Positions 27,538 through 35,407 of a stretch of DNA of 64,000 nt are shown piece by piece. The notes under the pieces are model-generated. The model was not told where the DNA came from. It was given only the letters and a program-made list of their open reading frames with translations, and made no database searches. Positions within the stretch are counted from its first letter, which is position 1. Each line of letters begins with the position of its first letter. This stretch comes from Syntrophomonadaceae bacterium. Its GTDB lineage: Bacteria > Bacillota > Syntrophomonadia > Syntrophomonadales > DTU052. The stretch is taken from positions 15,384-79,383 of the forward strand of contig JAAYDA010000046.1 of the NCBI GenBank assembly GCA_012729505.1. The letters are read 5' to 3'. The translations under genes were made by a program, and so were the position numbers.

Positions 27538-29144
27538 GACTCCTCCTCCTTTGCAGAGGCCTTTTTTTCCTCGGGTGTGGGAGGGCTTGGTTTCTGTCCC
27601 GCAGCTTGCCGGGTTTTATTAATTCCTGATACCAGGGTGGGGCGCTTGCGTTTAAGCCACTGAGAAATTCTGACCTGGCTGTCACCCAGGCCTGAGATGC
27701 CTAAAGGCATTATTGGTTCACTATAAGGCACCCCGAAGGAACGTAATGTAGCAGTATGAATCAGCAGTGCGGCCATGCCCCAGATTACTCCGTATAATCC
27801 CAGGATTCCTCCCAGGATAAGAAGAGCGAAGCGGAGCACTCTTATACTGATACTCATGCTGAAGGAGGGAAGTGCCATGGATGCAATTCCCGTAATTGCA
27901 ATGACGATAACCATGAATGGAGAAACCAACCCGGCCTGAACTGTTATTTGTCCTAAGACCAATATCCCCAGAATACTGACAGTAGCGCTGAATACCAGAG
28001 GCGCCCTGATGCTTGCTTCCTGGAGGGCTTCAAAAGAGATTGCCAGCAGCAGAGCTTCAAAAAGGGCGGGAAAAGGCAAGCCTTCCCGTTGAGCGGCTAT
28101 GGCTAAGGCCAGAGGAGTCGGAATCATTTCCGGATGAAAAGCAGTAGCTGCCACATACATGCCCGGCAACATCAAGGAGATCAGAAAAAGGAATATCCGA
28201 AGAAAGCGCAAAAGGCTTCCTATCAAAGAATTTTCATAATAATCATCTGGGGATGATATGAACATGAATATATTGCATGGCACAATGAGGGAAAAAGGAG
28301 TACCCTCCGTCATGATAACAATGCGGCCTTCCAGCAGTGTGCTCAGGGTCCGATCGACTCTTTCGGTGCGCGCAATTGTAGGAAATAGAGAAAAGGGAGA
28401 GTCTTCGATGAACTCTTCCAGCATTCCGGATGATTGAATGCTATCAATGGAGATTCGGTCAATTCTGTTGCGCACCTCTTGGACAATGCTGTCTCTGGCT
28501 ATTCCGGATATATATACAATGGCTATTGATGTTCGGCCTATGGCCCCGATAGTACGTTCTTCAATCCGTAAGCGGGGATCTCTGATATGTCTGCGGATCA
28601 TGCTGGTGTTGGTCCTCATTGTTTCAACGAAGCTTTCCTTGGGACCATGAAGGGCGGGTTCGGTTGTGGAGGCTTCGATATTCCGCTCTTTCCAGCCTTT
28701 CAGATCAGCTATTAAAGCCACATTGTGACCTTCCACCAGGATAGCGGTATTACCGAAGCAAACCTCTGACAGCAGATCCTCAATTCGCCCTACTTCTGTA
28801 AGTTCACTGTTGGTAATCAGACGATTCTTGAGCTGGGCAAAAATTTGAGCTGGAGCGGGGTCAGTCAAAGGCGGCCAATCGGATAAAAGAGTAATTGGCT
28901 TAATAACTGATTCGCTGATGCCGTTATTATTCACCAACCCGTCGATATGTACTATCAGCAGTTTAGTGTCGATATAAGCACCGAATTTTACTTTACGGAT
29001 TACCAGATCAGTACTGTAGCCAAAGGCGGTGCGGATCTGATTTTCATTTTCCGTCAGATTAAGACGAATTTCATCCTTCATCGGCACATCAGAAGAGGGG
29101 GACTGCAGTAATTGGCGTTGTCCGGTTCGCAAATATCTCCTCAT
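27534..29144 (-). CDS. Spore germination protein, GerAA-type subunit
   Basis: 536 aa, a soluble N-domain plus a C-terminal TM bundle. GerA family patterns (DLVIRK..., EGRIVIMTEGTPFSLIVP). Confidence 0.9.
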   Translation of the reverse strand: MRRYLRTGQRQLLQSPSSDVPMKDEIRLNLTENENQIRTAFGYSTDLVIRKVKFGAYIDTKLLIVHIDGLVNNNGISESVIKPITLLSDWPPLTDPAPAQIFAQLKNRLITNSELTEVGRIEDLLSEVCFGNTAILVEGHNVALIADLKGWKERNIEASTTEPALHGPKESFVETMRTNTSMIRRHIRDPRLRIEERTIGAIGRTSIAIVYISGIARDSIVQEVRNRIDRISIDSIQSSGMLEEFIEDSPFSLFPTIARTERVDRTLSTLLEGRIVIMTEGTPFSLIVPCNIFMFISSPDDYYENSLIGSLLRFLRIFLFLISLMLPGMYVAATAFHPEMIPTPLALAIAAQREGLPFPALFEALLLAISFEALQEASIRAPLVFSATVSILGILVLGQITVQAGLVSPFMVIVIAITGIASMALPSFSMSISIRVLRFALLILGGILGLYGVIWGMAALLIHTATLRSFGVPYSEPIMPLGISGLGDSQVRISQWLKRKRPTLVSGINKTRQAAGQKPSPPTPEEKKASAKEEES

Positions 29145-29331
29145 TAGTATCTTTCCACCTGCTTGTGGTTATATTATTTGTTAATTTGCGCATGTTTCCT
29201 CAATCGGAGCCATAAATGTAATATGGCACCAATAAATCCGGTTTTACTAGGGTGAGTTTTCGTTTGCTTTTTTATGCACCTTTCCCCAAATAAGGAAGCC
29301 GTCGGCTACAGCTAACCGCCCGGATGAAAAG

Positions 29332-29362
29332 TGAATAAATGGGGATTATAGGTTATATACTA
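29332..29362 (+). promoter_or_regulatory. Forespore sigma-G/F-type promoter of spoVT (TGAATA-18-TATACTA)
   Basis: TGAATA at 29332-29337, an 18-nt spacer, TATACTA at 29356-29362. spoVT is sigma-G dependent in Bacillus subtilis. Confidence 0.5.
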
Positions 29363-29411
29363 TCAGTGAGAAGCACAACCAAAACAATGGAAAGAAGGAG
29401 GGATAAACCTA

Positions 29412-29978
29412 GTGAAAGCAACAGGCATCGTAAGGCGGATTGATGACCTGGGGCGCGTGGTAATCCCCAAAGAAATCAGGAGAACCCTGCGCATCAGAGA
29501 AGGGGATCCCCTTGAGATTTTTGTCGACCGGGATGGCGAAGTTATTCTGAAAAAATATTCTCCTATTGGTGAACTGGGCGAATTTGCCAAGGAATATGCC
29601 GATTCACTGCATGAGGCTATTGGGCATATTGCACTAATCGCTGATCGAGATAATATTATTGCGGTCTCGGGAGCGCCCAAAAAGGAATTTTTGAACAAAG
29701 CCATTGGCCCGGGAGTGGAAAAATCTCTGGAAGAACGTAAGCTGGCCGTAATTAATGACCTCAAGGAACATCCCCACTGCAAGGATTGTCCGGTCAATAT
29801 GGGGGAGGACCGGAGCTGTAAGGTAACAGCGGAGGTTATTGCCCCTATTATTTCCCAGGGTGACCCTATCGGAGCGGTCATAATTTTATCCAAGGATGCA
29901 GGGGCCAAAATGGGAGAATTGGAAATGAAAGTGGCGGAAACCGCAGCCGGGTTCCTGGCCAAACAGATGGAACCATAA
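29412..29978 (+). CDS. spoVT: Stage V sporulation protein T (AbrB-family regulator)
   Basis: 188 aa with MKATGIVRRIDDLGRVVIPKEIRRTLRIREGDPLEIF. GTG start with an AAGGAGGG SD. Confidence 0.95.
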   Translation: MKATGIVRRIDDLGRVVIPKEIRRTLRIREGDPLEIFVDRDGEVILKKYSPIGELGEFAKEYADSLHEAIGHIALIADRDNIIAVSGAPKKEFLNKAIGPGVEKSLEERKLAVINDLKEHPHCKDCPVNMGEDRSCKVTAEVIAPIISQGDPIGAVIILSKDAGAKMGELEMKVAETAAGFLAKQMEP

Positions 29979-29990
29979 AAACTGACAATT

Positions 29991-30018
29991 AACGGCCTTG
30001 TTATGAGGCCGTTTTTTT
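29991..30018 (+). terminator. Rho-independent terminator of spoVT
   Basis: AACGGCCT-tgttatg-AGGCCGTT followed by TTTTT. Confidence 0.85.
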
Positions 30019-30173
30019 GGCCGCAATTTCAGTATTTTGCTTCTTTTTCGAGACAATCGGTGAAGGTATGGTCTTTTTTGCTGCGGATAGTGGTAAAATA
30101 CTCAAAGGGTTGCGGCGCTTTTAAGCATTGAGTACTGCCAGCACCCGGACAACATGGAAACCGGAGAGGGAAT

Positions 30174-31733
30174 TTGAAAAAGAAAAGCTTTCTTCAAGGT
30201 GCCTTTATACTGGGTATGGCGGGTATCATCAGCAAGCTTTTGGGAGCCTTGTATCGAATACCCCTGGCTCGTCTCCTGGGAGGAGAGGGGATGGGGCTGT
30301 ATCAGATGGCTTATCCCATCTATACTACGATTCTGGCCATGGCCACAGCCGGTGTGCCGGTAGCAATTTCGATTCTGGTGGCCCGTAAAGAATCGGCAGG
30401 TTTAAGCGGAGACAGCCGCAAAATTTTTCGGGCCTCCTTGGGATTGCTGCTGGTGGTGGGGATCGCTTTATCGGTGGCGGTCTTTGCCGGGGCGGAGTTT
30501 TTGGCCCGTGAAGTCTTGCATCAGCCCAAAGCATTCTTGCCCTTGGCCGCTATTGCTCCAGCCATATTTTTTGCGGGGATGATGTCGGTTTTCCGCGGGT
30601 ATTTTCAGGGCTTCCAGTTAATGATGCCTACTGCGGTATCCCAGGTTATCGAGCAAGTATTTCGGGTTACCTTTGTACTTGTTCTGGCCTTTTGGCTCTA
30701 TCCCCGCGGTTTGGAAATGGCTGCCGCCGGCGCCACATTTGGAGCGGTAATCGGTGGAGCAGCCGGACTTTTGGTTTTACTCATTTTTTACCTGCGTTTC
30801 AGCCGCCAGCCTGTTCCCGGAGGGGCCCTTAAATATTCAGGGGAAACTTCTCTGGAACTGGGCAAAGAGCTGATTCGACTGGCCGTACCGGTTTCTTTGG
30901 GAGCTATGGTTGTGCCCTTGGTCCAGATGCTGGATGCGGTAATCGTTCCGGCTCGATTAATTTCGGCTGGCTTTACTGTATCCAGAGCCACCGAGCTATA
31001 TGGTCAGCTATCAGGCATGGCCTCGGTTCTTATCAACCTGCCTACGATTTTTACTATTGCAATTGCCACCAGCTTGGTTCCGGCCGTAGCTGAAGCTATG
31101 GCCACCCAGGATAAACCCGCCCTTTTTGAAAGGATTAATAACGGCCTGCGGGTCGCTATGCTGATGGCCTTACCTTCAGCAGTGGGCCTTTCGGTTTTGG
31201 CGTATCCAATTACCGACCTGCTTTTTGCATCTCCGGAAGCAGGCATACCTTTGGCTTATCTGGCCTTTTCGGTGGTAGTCATGGCTGTATTTCAGATTAC
31301 CAGCGCATCACTGCAAGGTCTGGGACATCCGGAGATTCCCCTTCGTAACCTGCTGGTAGTCGGTGCAATAAAGGTGGTTCTGAACTTTTATTTGACCGGG
31401 CTGGTATTTTTGAATATTAAAGGACCTGCTATCGGCACCACCGTGGCCTTTTTTGTGGGTTCAGCCCTCAACATGATACAATTATCCCATCGAACGGGGA
31501 TCAAATATGAGTGGGGAAGATATCTCAAGCTGGCCTTGGTGAGTGTGGCCATGGGATTAGCAGTCAAATCAGGTTATCAGGTCATGTTATCCTGGGGATT
31601 GATTTCTCATCTCAGCACACTGGCATCAATCCTGCTGGGAGTAGGAATATATGGGATATTATTACTGGTTGCGGGAGAGTTTAACATGGCTTTGATTAAG
31701 AGGTATATCACAATGGGCAGGGGGGCGAAGTAA
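30174..31733 (+). CDS. MOP-superfamily polysaccharide/lipid II flippase (YabM/SpoVB/MurJ-like)
   Basis: 519 aa with about 14 TM helices. N-terminus KKSFLQGAFILGMAGIISKLLGALYRIPL is typical of this family. Position after spoVT matches Bacillus yabM. Confidence 0.85.
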   Translation: MKKKSFLQGAFILGMAGIISKLLGALYRIPLARLLGGEGMGLYQMAYPIYTTILAMATAGVPVAISILVARKESAGLSGDSRKIFRASLGLLLVVGIALSVAVFAGAEFLAREVLHQPKAFLPLAAIAPAIFFAGMMSVFRGYFQGFQLMMPTAVSQVIEQVFRVTFVLVLAFWLYPRGLEMAAAGATFGAVIGGAAGLLVLLIFYLRFSRQPVPGGALKYSGETSLELGKELIRLAVPVSLGAMVVPLVQMLDAVIVPARLISAGFTVSRATELYGQLSGMASVLINLPTIFTIAIATSLVPAVAEAMATQDKPALFERINNGLRVAMLMALPSAVGLSVLAYPITDLLFASPEAGIPLAYLAFSVVVMAVFQITSASLQGLGHPEIPLRNLLVVGAIKVVLNFYLTGLVFLNIKGPAIGTTVAFFVGSALNMIQLSHRTGIKYEWGRYLKLALVSVAMGLAVKSGYQVMLSWGLISHLSTLASILLGVGIYGILLLVAGEFNMALIKRYITMGRGAK

Positions 31734-32500
31734 TGGAAGATCAAGGAATCAAAGCACTGATGGAGACCATGAACAAATTGTTGTCACCGGAGGGCTGTCC
31801 CTGGGACCGGGAACAGACTCATACTTCATTGCGAAGATATCTGGTGGAGGAAACCTACGAAGTGCTGGCCGCCATTGATGATGGCGACATGAATGAGCTG
31901 CGTGAAGAATTGGGAGACCTCCTGCTTCAGATAGTGTTTCATTCCGCTTTGGCAGAAAGAGAGGGTGCTTTTAATCTGAGTGATGTTGCTAATATAGTTA
32001 ACGAAAAGATGATAAATCGTCATCCTCATGTTTTCGGGCATTTAGAGATTAATTCCAGTGATGAAGTCATGCAGCACTGGGAAGGATTTAAGCGGGATGA
32101 AGGCAAGAAATCAATACTGGAAGGCATTCCCCGGCATCTTCCTGCTCTTCTGAGGGCGTACAAGCTACAGGAAAAGGCGGCCCGGGTTGGTTTTGACTGG
32201 CCCCAGGTTCAGGGGGCCCTGAAAAAACTCAACGAAGAAACTGCCGAGTTTATAGCTGCGTCCCAGGACGGCAGCCCGGAGATGATCGAAGAAGAAATGG
32301 GAGATATTCTCTTCACCATAGTCAACATAGCCCGGATGTCGGGAATTGAGCCGGAACAGGCTTTACAGAACTCCAATGCCAAATTCACCCGCAGATTTAA
32401 TCATATTGAAAGCCGCCTGAACGACGAAGGCCAGCTTCTGGAGGAAGCCGGTCTGGAAAAGCTGGACAAACTCTGGGATGAAGCAAAAGCTAATGAGTGA
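31733..32500 (+). CDS. mazG: MazG nucleoside triphosphate pyrophosphohydrolase
   Basis: 255 aa with tandem MazG EExxE motifs (LVEETYEV, EELGDLLLQ, EEMGDILF). Confidence 0.9.
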   Translation: MEDQGIKALMETMNKLLSPEGCPWDREQTHTSLRRYLVEETYEVLAAIDDGDMNELREELGDLLLQIVFHSALAEREGAFNLSDVANIVNEKMINRHPHVFGHLEINSSDEVMQHWEGFKRDEGKKSILEGIPRHLPALLRAYKLQEKAARVGFDWPQVQGALKKLNEETAEFIAASQDGSPEMIEEEMGDILFTIVNIARMSGIEPEQALQNSNAKFTRRFNHIESRLNDEGQLLEEAGLEKLDKLWDEAKANE

Positions 32501-32670
32501 GGCGGGAGACGGGAGGGGTAAGGAGTGAGGCGAGAGGAGAAACGGGAGACGAGAGGCGAGAGGCAGGCGGGAGCCAAATCTTCCTAAAAGATTTGTGCTT
32601 CCCGCTTGGTTCGACGTGGAGCGTCGAACTTCCTATGGTGAAACAGGGGGACGAGAAATCCGGCTCCTGC
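32496..32670 (+). repeat. Purine-rich GAGGCGGGAG-type dispersed element (R1) with internal hairpins
   Basis: An approximately 80-nt G/A tract starts on the mazG stop codon (GTGAGGCGGGAGACGGGAGGGGTAAGGAGTGAGG...). It is followed by the hairpins GGCGGGAGCCAAATCTT/AAGATTTGTGCTTCCCGC and GTTCGACG/CGTCGAAC. The core is shared with 53414 and 62871. Confidence 0.6.
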
Positions 32671-32760
32671 TGGAATTTAAACTGGAAAAGAAGGAAATAG
32701 TTAGAGTACTGACGAATTTGCATAATGTGTAAATTGAATCACTATCAGGAGGGGATATAT

Positions 32761-33033
32761 TTGAATAAATCAGAATTAGTCAGTGATGTAGCCGGGAAAG
32801 CGGGAATGACTAAAAAAGATGTGGAGAAAGTTTTGGGAGCACTTTTTTTGTCAATTGAAGAAGCATTAAAGAATGAAGACAAAGTTCAGCTGGTAGGGTT
32901 TGGAACGTTTGAAGTCCGCCATCGGAAGGCTCGCACCGGCAGGAACCCACAAACCGGTGAAGAGATTCTGATACCTGCGTCCCGGGTTCCCGCATTTAAA
33001 GCAGGAAAGACTCTTAAAGAAAAGGTGGTTTAG
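32761..33033 (+). CDS. hup: DNA-binding protein HU
   Basis: 90 aa from TTG 32761 (GGAGG 8 nt upstream). Sequence LNKSELVSDVAGKAGMTKKDVEKVL...GFGTFEVRHRKARTGRNPQTGEEI. The ORF track start 32725 was rejected. Confidence 0.9.
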   Translation: MNKSELVSDVAGKAGMTKKDVEKVLGALFLSIEEALKNEDKVQLVGFGTFEVRHRKARTGRNPQTGEEILIPASRVPAFKAGKTLKEKVV

Positions 33034-33293
33034 TGCGCCTCGATAAGTACCTTAAGGTCTCAAGGCTGATTAAGCGGCGATCGGTGGCCAAGGAATTTGC
33101 GGAAAATGCCAGGGTCACATTGAACGGAAGGATTGCCAAGCCTTCCACGGAAGTAAAAATAGGTGATTTGTTAGCAATTCAAATGGGAAACCGAAAAGTG
33201 GTAGTTGAAATTCTGGAGATCAAATCCGATGTGAGAAGCGGCGAAGCCCAAAACCTATACCGGGTAATAGACGAACAACCACCCCCAGCCTGA
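33033..33293 (+). CDS. yabO: S4-domain RNA-binding protein YabO
   Basis: 86 aa with MRLDKYLKVSRLIKRRSVAKE... of an S4 domain. Position matches Bacillus. Confidence 0.9.
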   Translation: MRLDKYLKVSRLIKRRSVAKEFAENARVTLNGRIAKPSTEVKIGDLLAIQMGNRKVVVEILEIKSDVRSGEAQNLYRVIDEQPPPA

Positions 33294-33308
33294 GGTGGTT
33301 GTTTTTTT
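33276..33308 (+). terminator. Rho-independent terminator of hup-yabO
   Basis: CAACCACC-N10-GGTGGTTG followed by T7. The stop codon lies in the loop. Confidence 0.85.
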
Positions 33309-33362
33309 AGTGCCCTGAGAACACAAAGGGGAGCTCGTTACTCGTCCCTCAAGGCTGGAATC

Positions 33363-33425
33363 GAATATTTGGTCTCCTGCACAGTTTCGCAGTTGAGCTC
33401 CTTACTCGCAGGAAACCAAATATTC
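33363..33425. repeat. 18-bp inverted repeat (17/18 match) with a 27-nt spacer
   Basis: GAATATTTGGTCTCCTGC at 33363-33380 pairs with GCAGGAAACCAAATATTC at 33408-33425. Flanked by the direct repeats GAGCTCGTTACTCG (33340) and GAGCTCCTTACTCG (33394). Confidence 0.7.
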
Positions 33426-33531
33426 TAAGTTGCATTAATTGAATTATTCGTAGAAATACATATCAATAAGGCTTTTAGAACATGAAATGATTTTATCAAC
33501 CATGATGGCAGCAAGCCGTTCAGATGCCATT

Positions 33532-35070
33532 TTAATACATGCCTATTTCTTCTTCCGTAATAATCATCTCATCAGTTCTTCTCTCAGCTATGTTTAATTT
33601 TTGAATAAACTGATAAGGAGCCAGAGCTTCGGGCGAGACGTCCTTAACGGAGACCCGGGCCCCCTGTTTACGCAGAGCATCCTGTACTATTTTGGCATCC
33701 AGATTCTTAGGAGTTACATTGTTCTTGACCGCCATAGCTGCCCCTGTGCCGGCGGCTTGACCGGTGCAGATTGTTGGCGTGCAGTACCTTATTGCGGCGG
33801 CAGAAAAAGCGCCATTGGAGATGATTGAACCAGCCGCCATAAGATTTTCAACCTCTTTGGAAACCAGAGAACGATAAGGAATGTCATGAGGAAGAATATC
33901 ATAAGCAAATCTGCCGGCTACCTCATAGACATCCGGCGGCATGTTGCTGATGGCTATGCCATCCTCAAAAATCCTGCCGGCCCGCATATCGTTATATGTC
34001 AATACGTGTTCACCAATCAGACGGTGGGGGTTGCCCCATACCGCGTACTGCGAAAACCTGTCGATATAGGAGTTCTCGAACCCATGGACGCTTTGCTTTA
34101 GCACTTTATGAAGCGTCACGGCTTGTTTTCTCATACCAATTTCGCCGGCAGTCAGATCCTTGGTACTCCAGCAAGCTTCTTCTGCCCCATGCAGCAAAGT
34201 CATAATCCATATCTTCCCGTCGCGGTACATATCCCAGTGTTGAGTGACGACTATTTTCTCCACCCTGATGTTTTCGCCTGCGGCTTTGGCTTTGGCCAGA
34301 ATGCCGGCGGCGCCATACATACCCGGCCAGTCTTCTGGGTTGGCGGCTCTAAAGGCATCGAATTTCGCCTGATCCACCCCTCCGATCATGAAGCAACTAA
34401 GATAGCCGCTTTTACTGCCTTTCTTTTCTCCCGCCGGAATGCCTTCGTCGCAGGGCGCGCCGGACTTCCATATGATGTCGCCGGTACCTGTTGTGTCAAT
34501 AATAACCTTACCAAGAACCGCTCTCCGGCCTTCCTTGCCTTCAACCAGGACCCCTTTAAGGAAATTGTCCTCCCGGATAGCTCCGGCAGCGAAGGAATGG
34601 AATAACAGTTTTACTCCGGCTTCCTCCATCATTCCATCCAGCATGTACTTGTAATACTCCGGGTCAAAGCAATATCCCCAACGTCCCCACCAGCCAGACT
34701 CGGTGTCAACCATCCGCTTGGGCAGTTTATCTGGCCCCAGCATCTGCATAAACCTGTCTTTGATCGGAGATCTGGTCCAGGCGGGTATCTCATCGTTGCT
34801 CAATACCGCTTTGGCATCCTTAAGGCGACCCACGATCTCATGCACGATTCCAGAATGAAGTTCGGGATCAACAAAAGAGAAAATGCCATTAAGGCCCTGG
34901 GTCTGAAGTCCGCCCAGGCTCCCAAACCGGTCTATCAGGATAGTTTTGGCACCGGTTCGCGCCGAACCCAGAGCAGCCCCAATGCCGGCCGGGCCACCAC
35001 CGACCACAATAACCTCGGCTTCATCGAGTACCTTAATCTCTCTTTGCGGTTCAATAATTTTCAAATTCAC
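33532..35070 (-). CDS. FAD-dependent oxidoreductase (FAD_oxidored / HI0933-like family)
   Basis: 512 aa with the N-terminal dinucleotide fold VIVVGGGPAGIGAAL. GTG 35070 abuts the SD, so TTG 35064 is an alternative start. Confidence 0.8.
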   Translation of the reverse strand: MNLKIIEPQREIKVLDEAEVIVVGGGPAGIGAALGSARTGAKTILIDRFGSLGGLQTQGLNGIFSFVDPELHSGIVHEIVGRLKDAKAVLSNDEIPAWTRSPIKDRFMQMLGPDKLPKRMVDTESGWWGRWGYCFDPEYYKYMLDGMMEEAGVKLLFHSFAAGAIREDNFLKGVLVEGKEGRRAVLGKVIIDTTGTGDIIWKSGAPCDEGIPAGEKKGSKSGYLSCFMIGGVDQAKFDAFRAANPEDWPGMYGAAGILAKAKAAGENIRVEKIVVTQHWDMYRDGKIWIMTLLHGAEEACWSTKDLTAGEIGMRKQAVTLHKVLKQSVHGFENSYIDRFSQYAVWGNPHRLIGEHVLTYNDMRAGRIFEDGIAISNMPPDVYEVAGRFAYDILPHDIPYRSLVSKEVENLMAAGSIISNGAFSAAAIRYCTPTICTGQAAGTGAAMAVKNNVTPKNLDAKIVQDALRKQGARVSVKDVSPEALAPYQFIQKLNIAERRTDEMIITEEEIGMY

Positions 35071-35152
35071 ACCCTCCTAATTATTCTTATTAGACTCTTG
35101 GGCAGCATGTGGTTTAGCTATAAAATATCACCACCTCCCTTTATTTAGAGAA

Positions 35153-35168
35153 TGCAATAACCATGCCA
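35153..35168 (-). promoter_or_regulatory. Sigma-54 (-24/-12) promoter TGGCATGGTTATTGCA
   Basis: The minus-strand sequence reads TGGCAT-N5-TTGCA, with exact GG/GC spacing. Lies about 85 nt upstream of the oxidoreductase start, with a divergent sigma-54 EBP gene adjacent. Confidence 0.8.
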
Positions 35169-35198
35169 ATAAATAAATGTTCTGAATTTATGGGCAAA

Positions 35199-35240
35199 GC
35201 CAGCCTGGCTGGCCATCGGAGGTGTTACACTGACTGTAAC
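35199..35240. promoter_or_regulatory. Two palindromes upstream of the sigma-54 promoter (candidate EBP binding sites)
   Basis: GCCAGCC-T-GGCTGGC at 35199-35213 and GTTACA-N5-TGTAAC at 35224-35240. A further TGTAACA lies at about 35352. Confidence 0.4.
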
Positions 35241-35407
35241 GATTGAGTTGCATGTGTACTGCCCTAATTACAAACCATGTAATCTGTCCCCGGACAAAAT
35301 GTGTTCATGAGGCTCTTTTAACCTATATACATTGATAATATGTTATTTTTCTGTAACAATCATAGATAGTAATCGGCATATATGCTTTCGAAGCGCGGAG
35401 GTAAATT

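Noticed and set aside
29363-29962. 199-aa minus-strand ORF
   Set aside because: It is an antisense shadow of spoVT, with an S/P/A-rich low-information sequence.
32497-32700. 67-aa ORF MRRETGGVRSEARGETGDERREAGG...
   Set aside because: It is read entirely from the purine-rich repeat R1. It has low-complexity R/E/G composition, no SD, and sits in the mazG-hup spacer.
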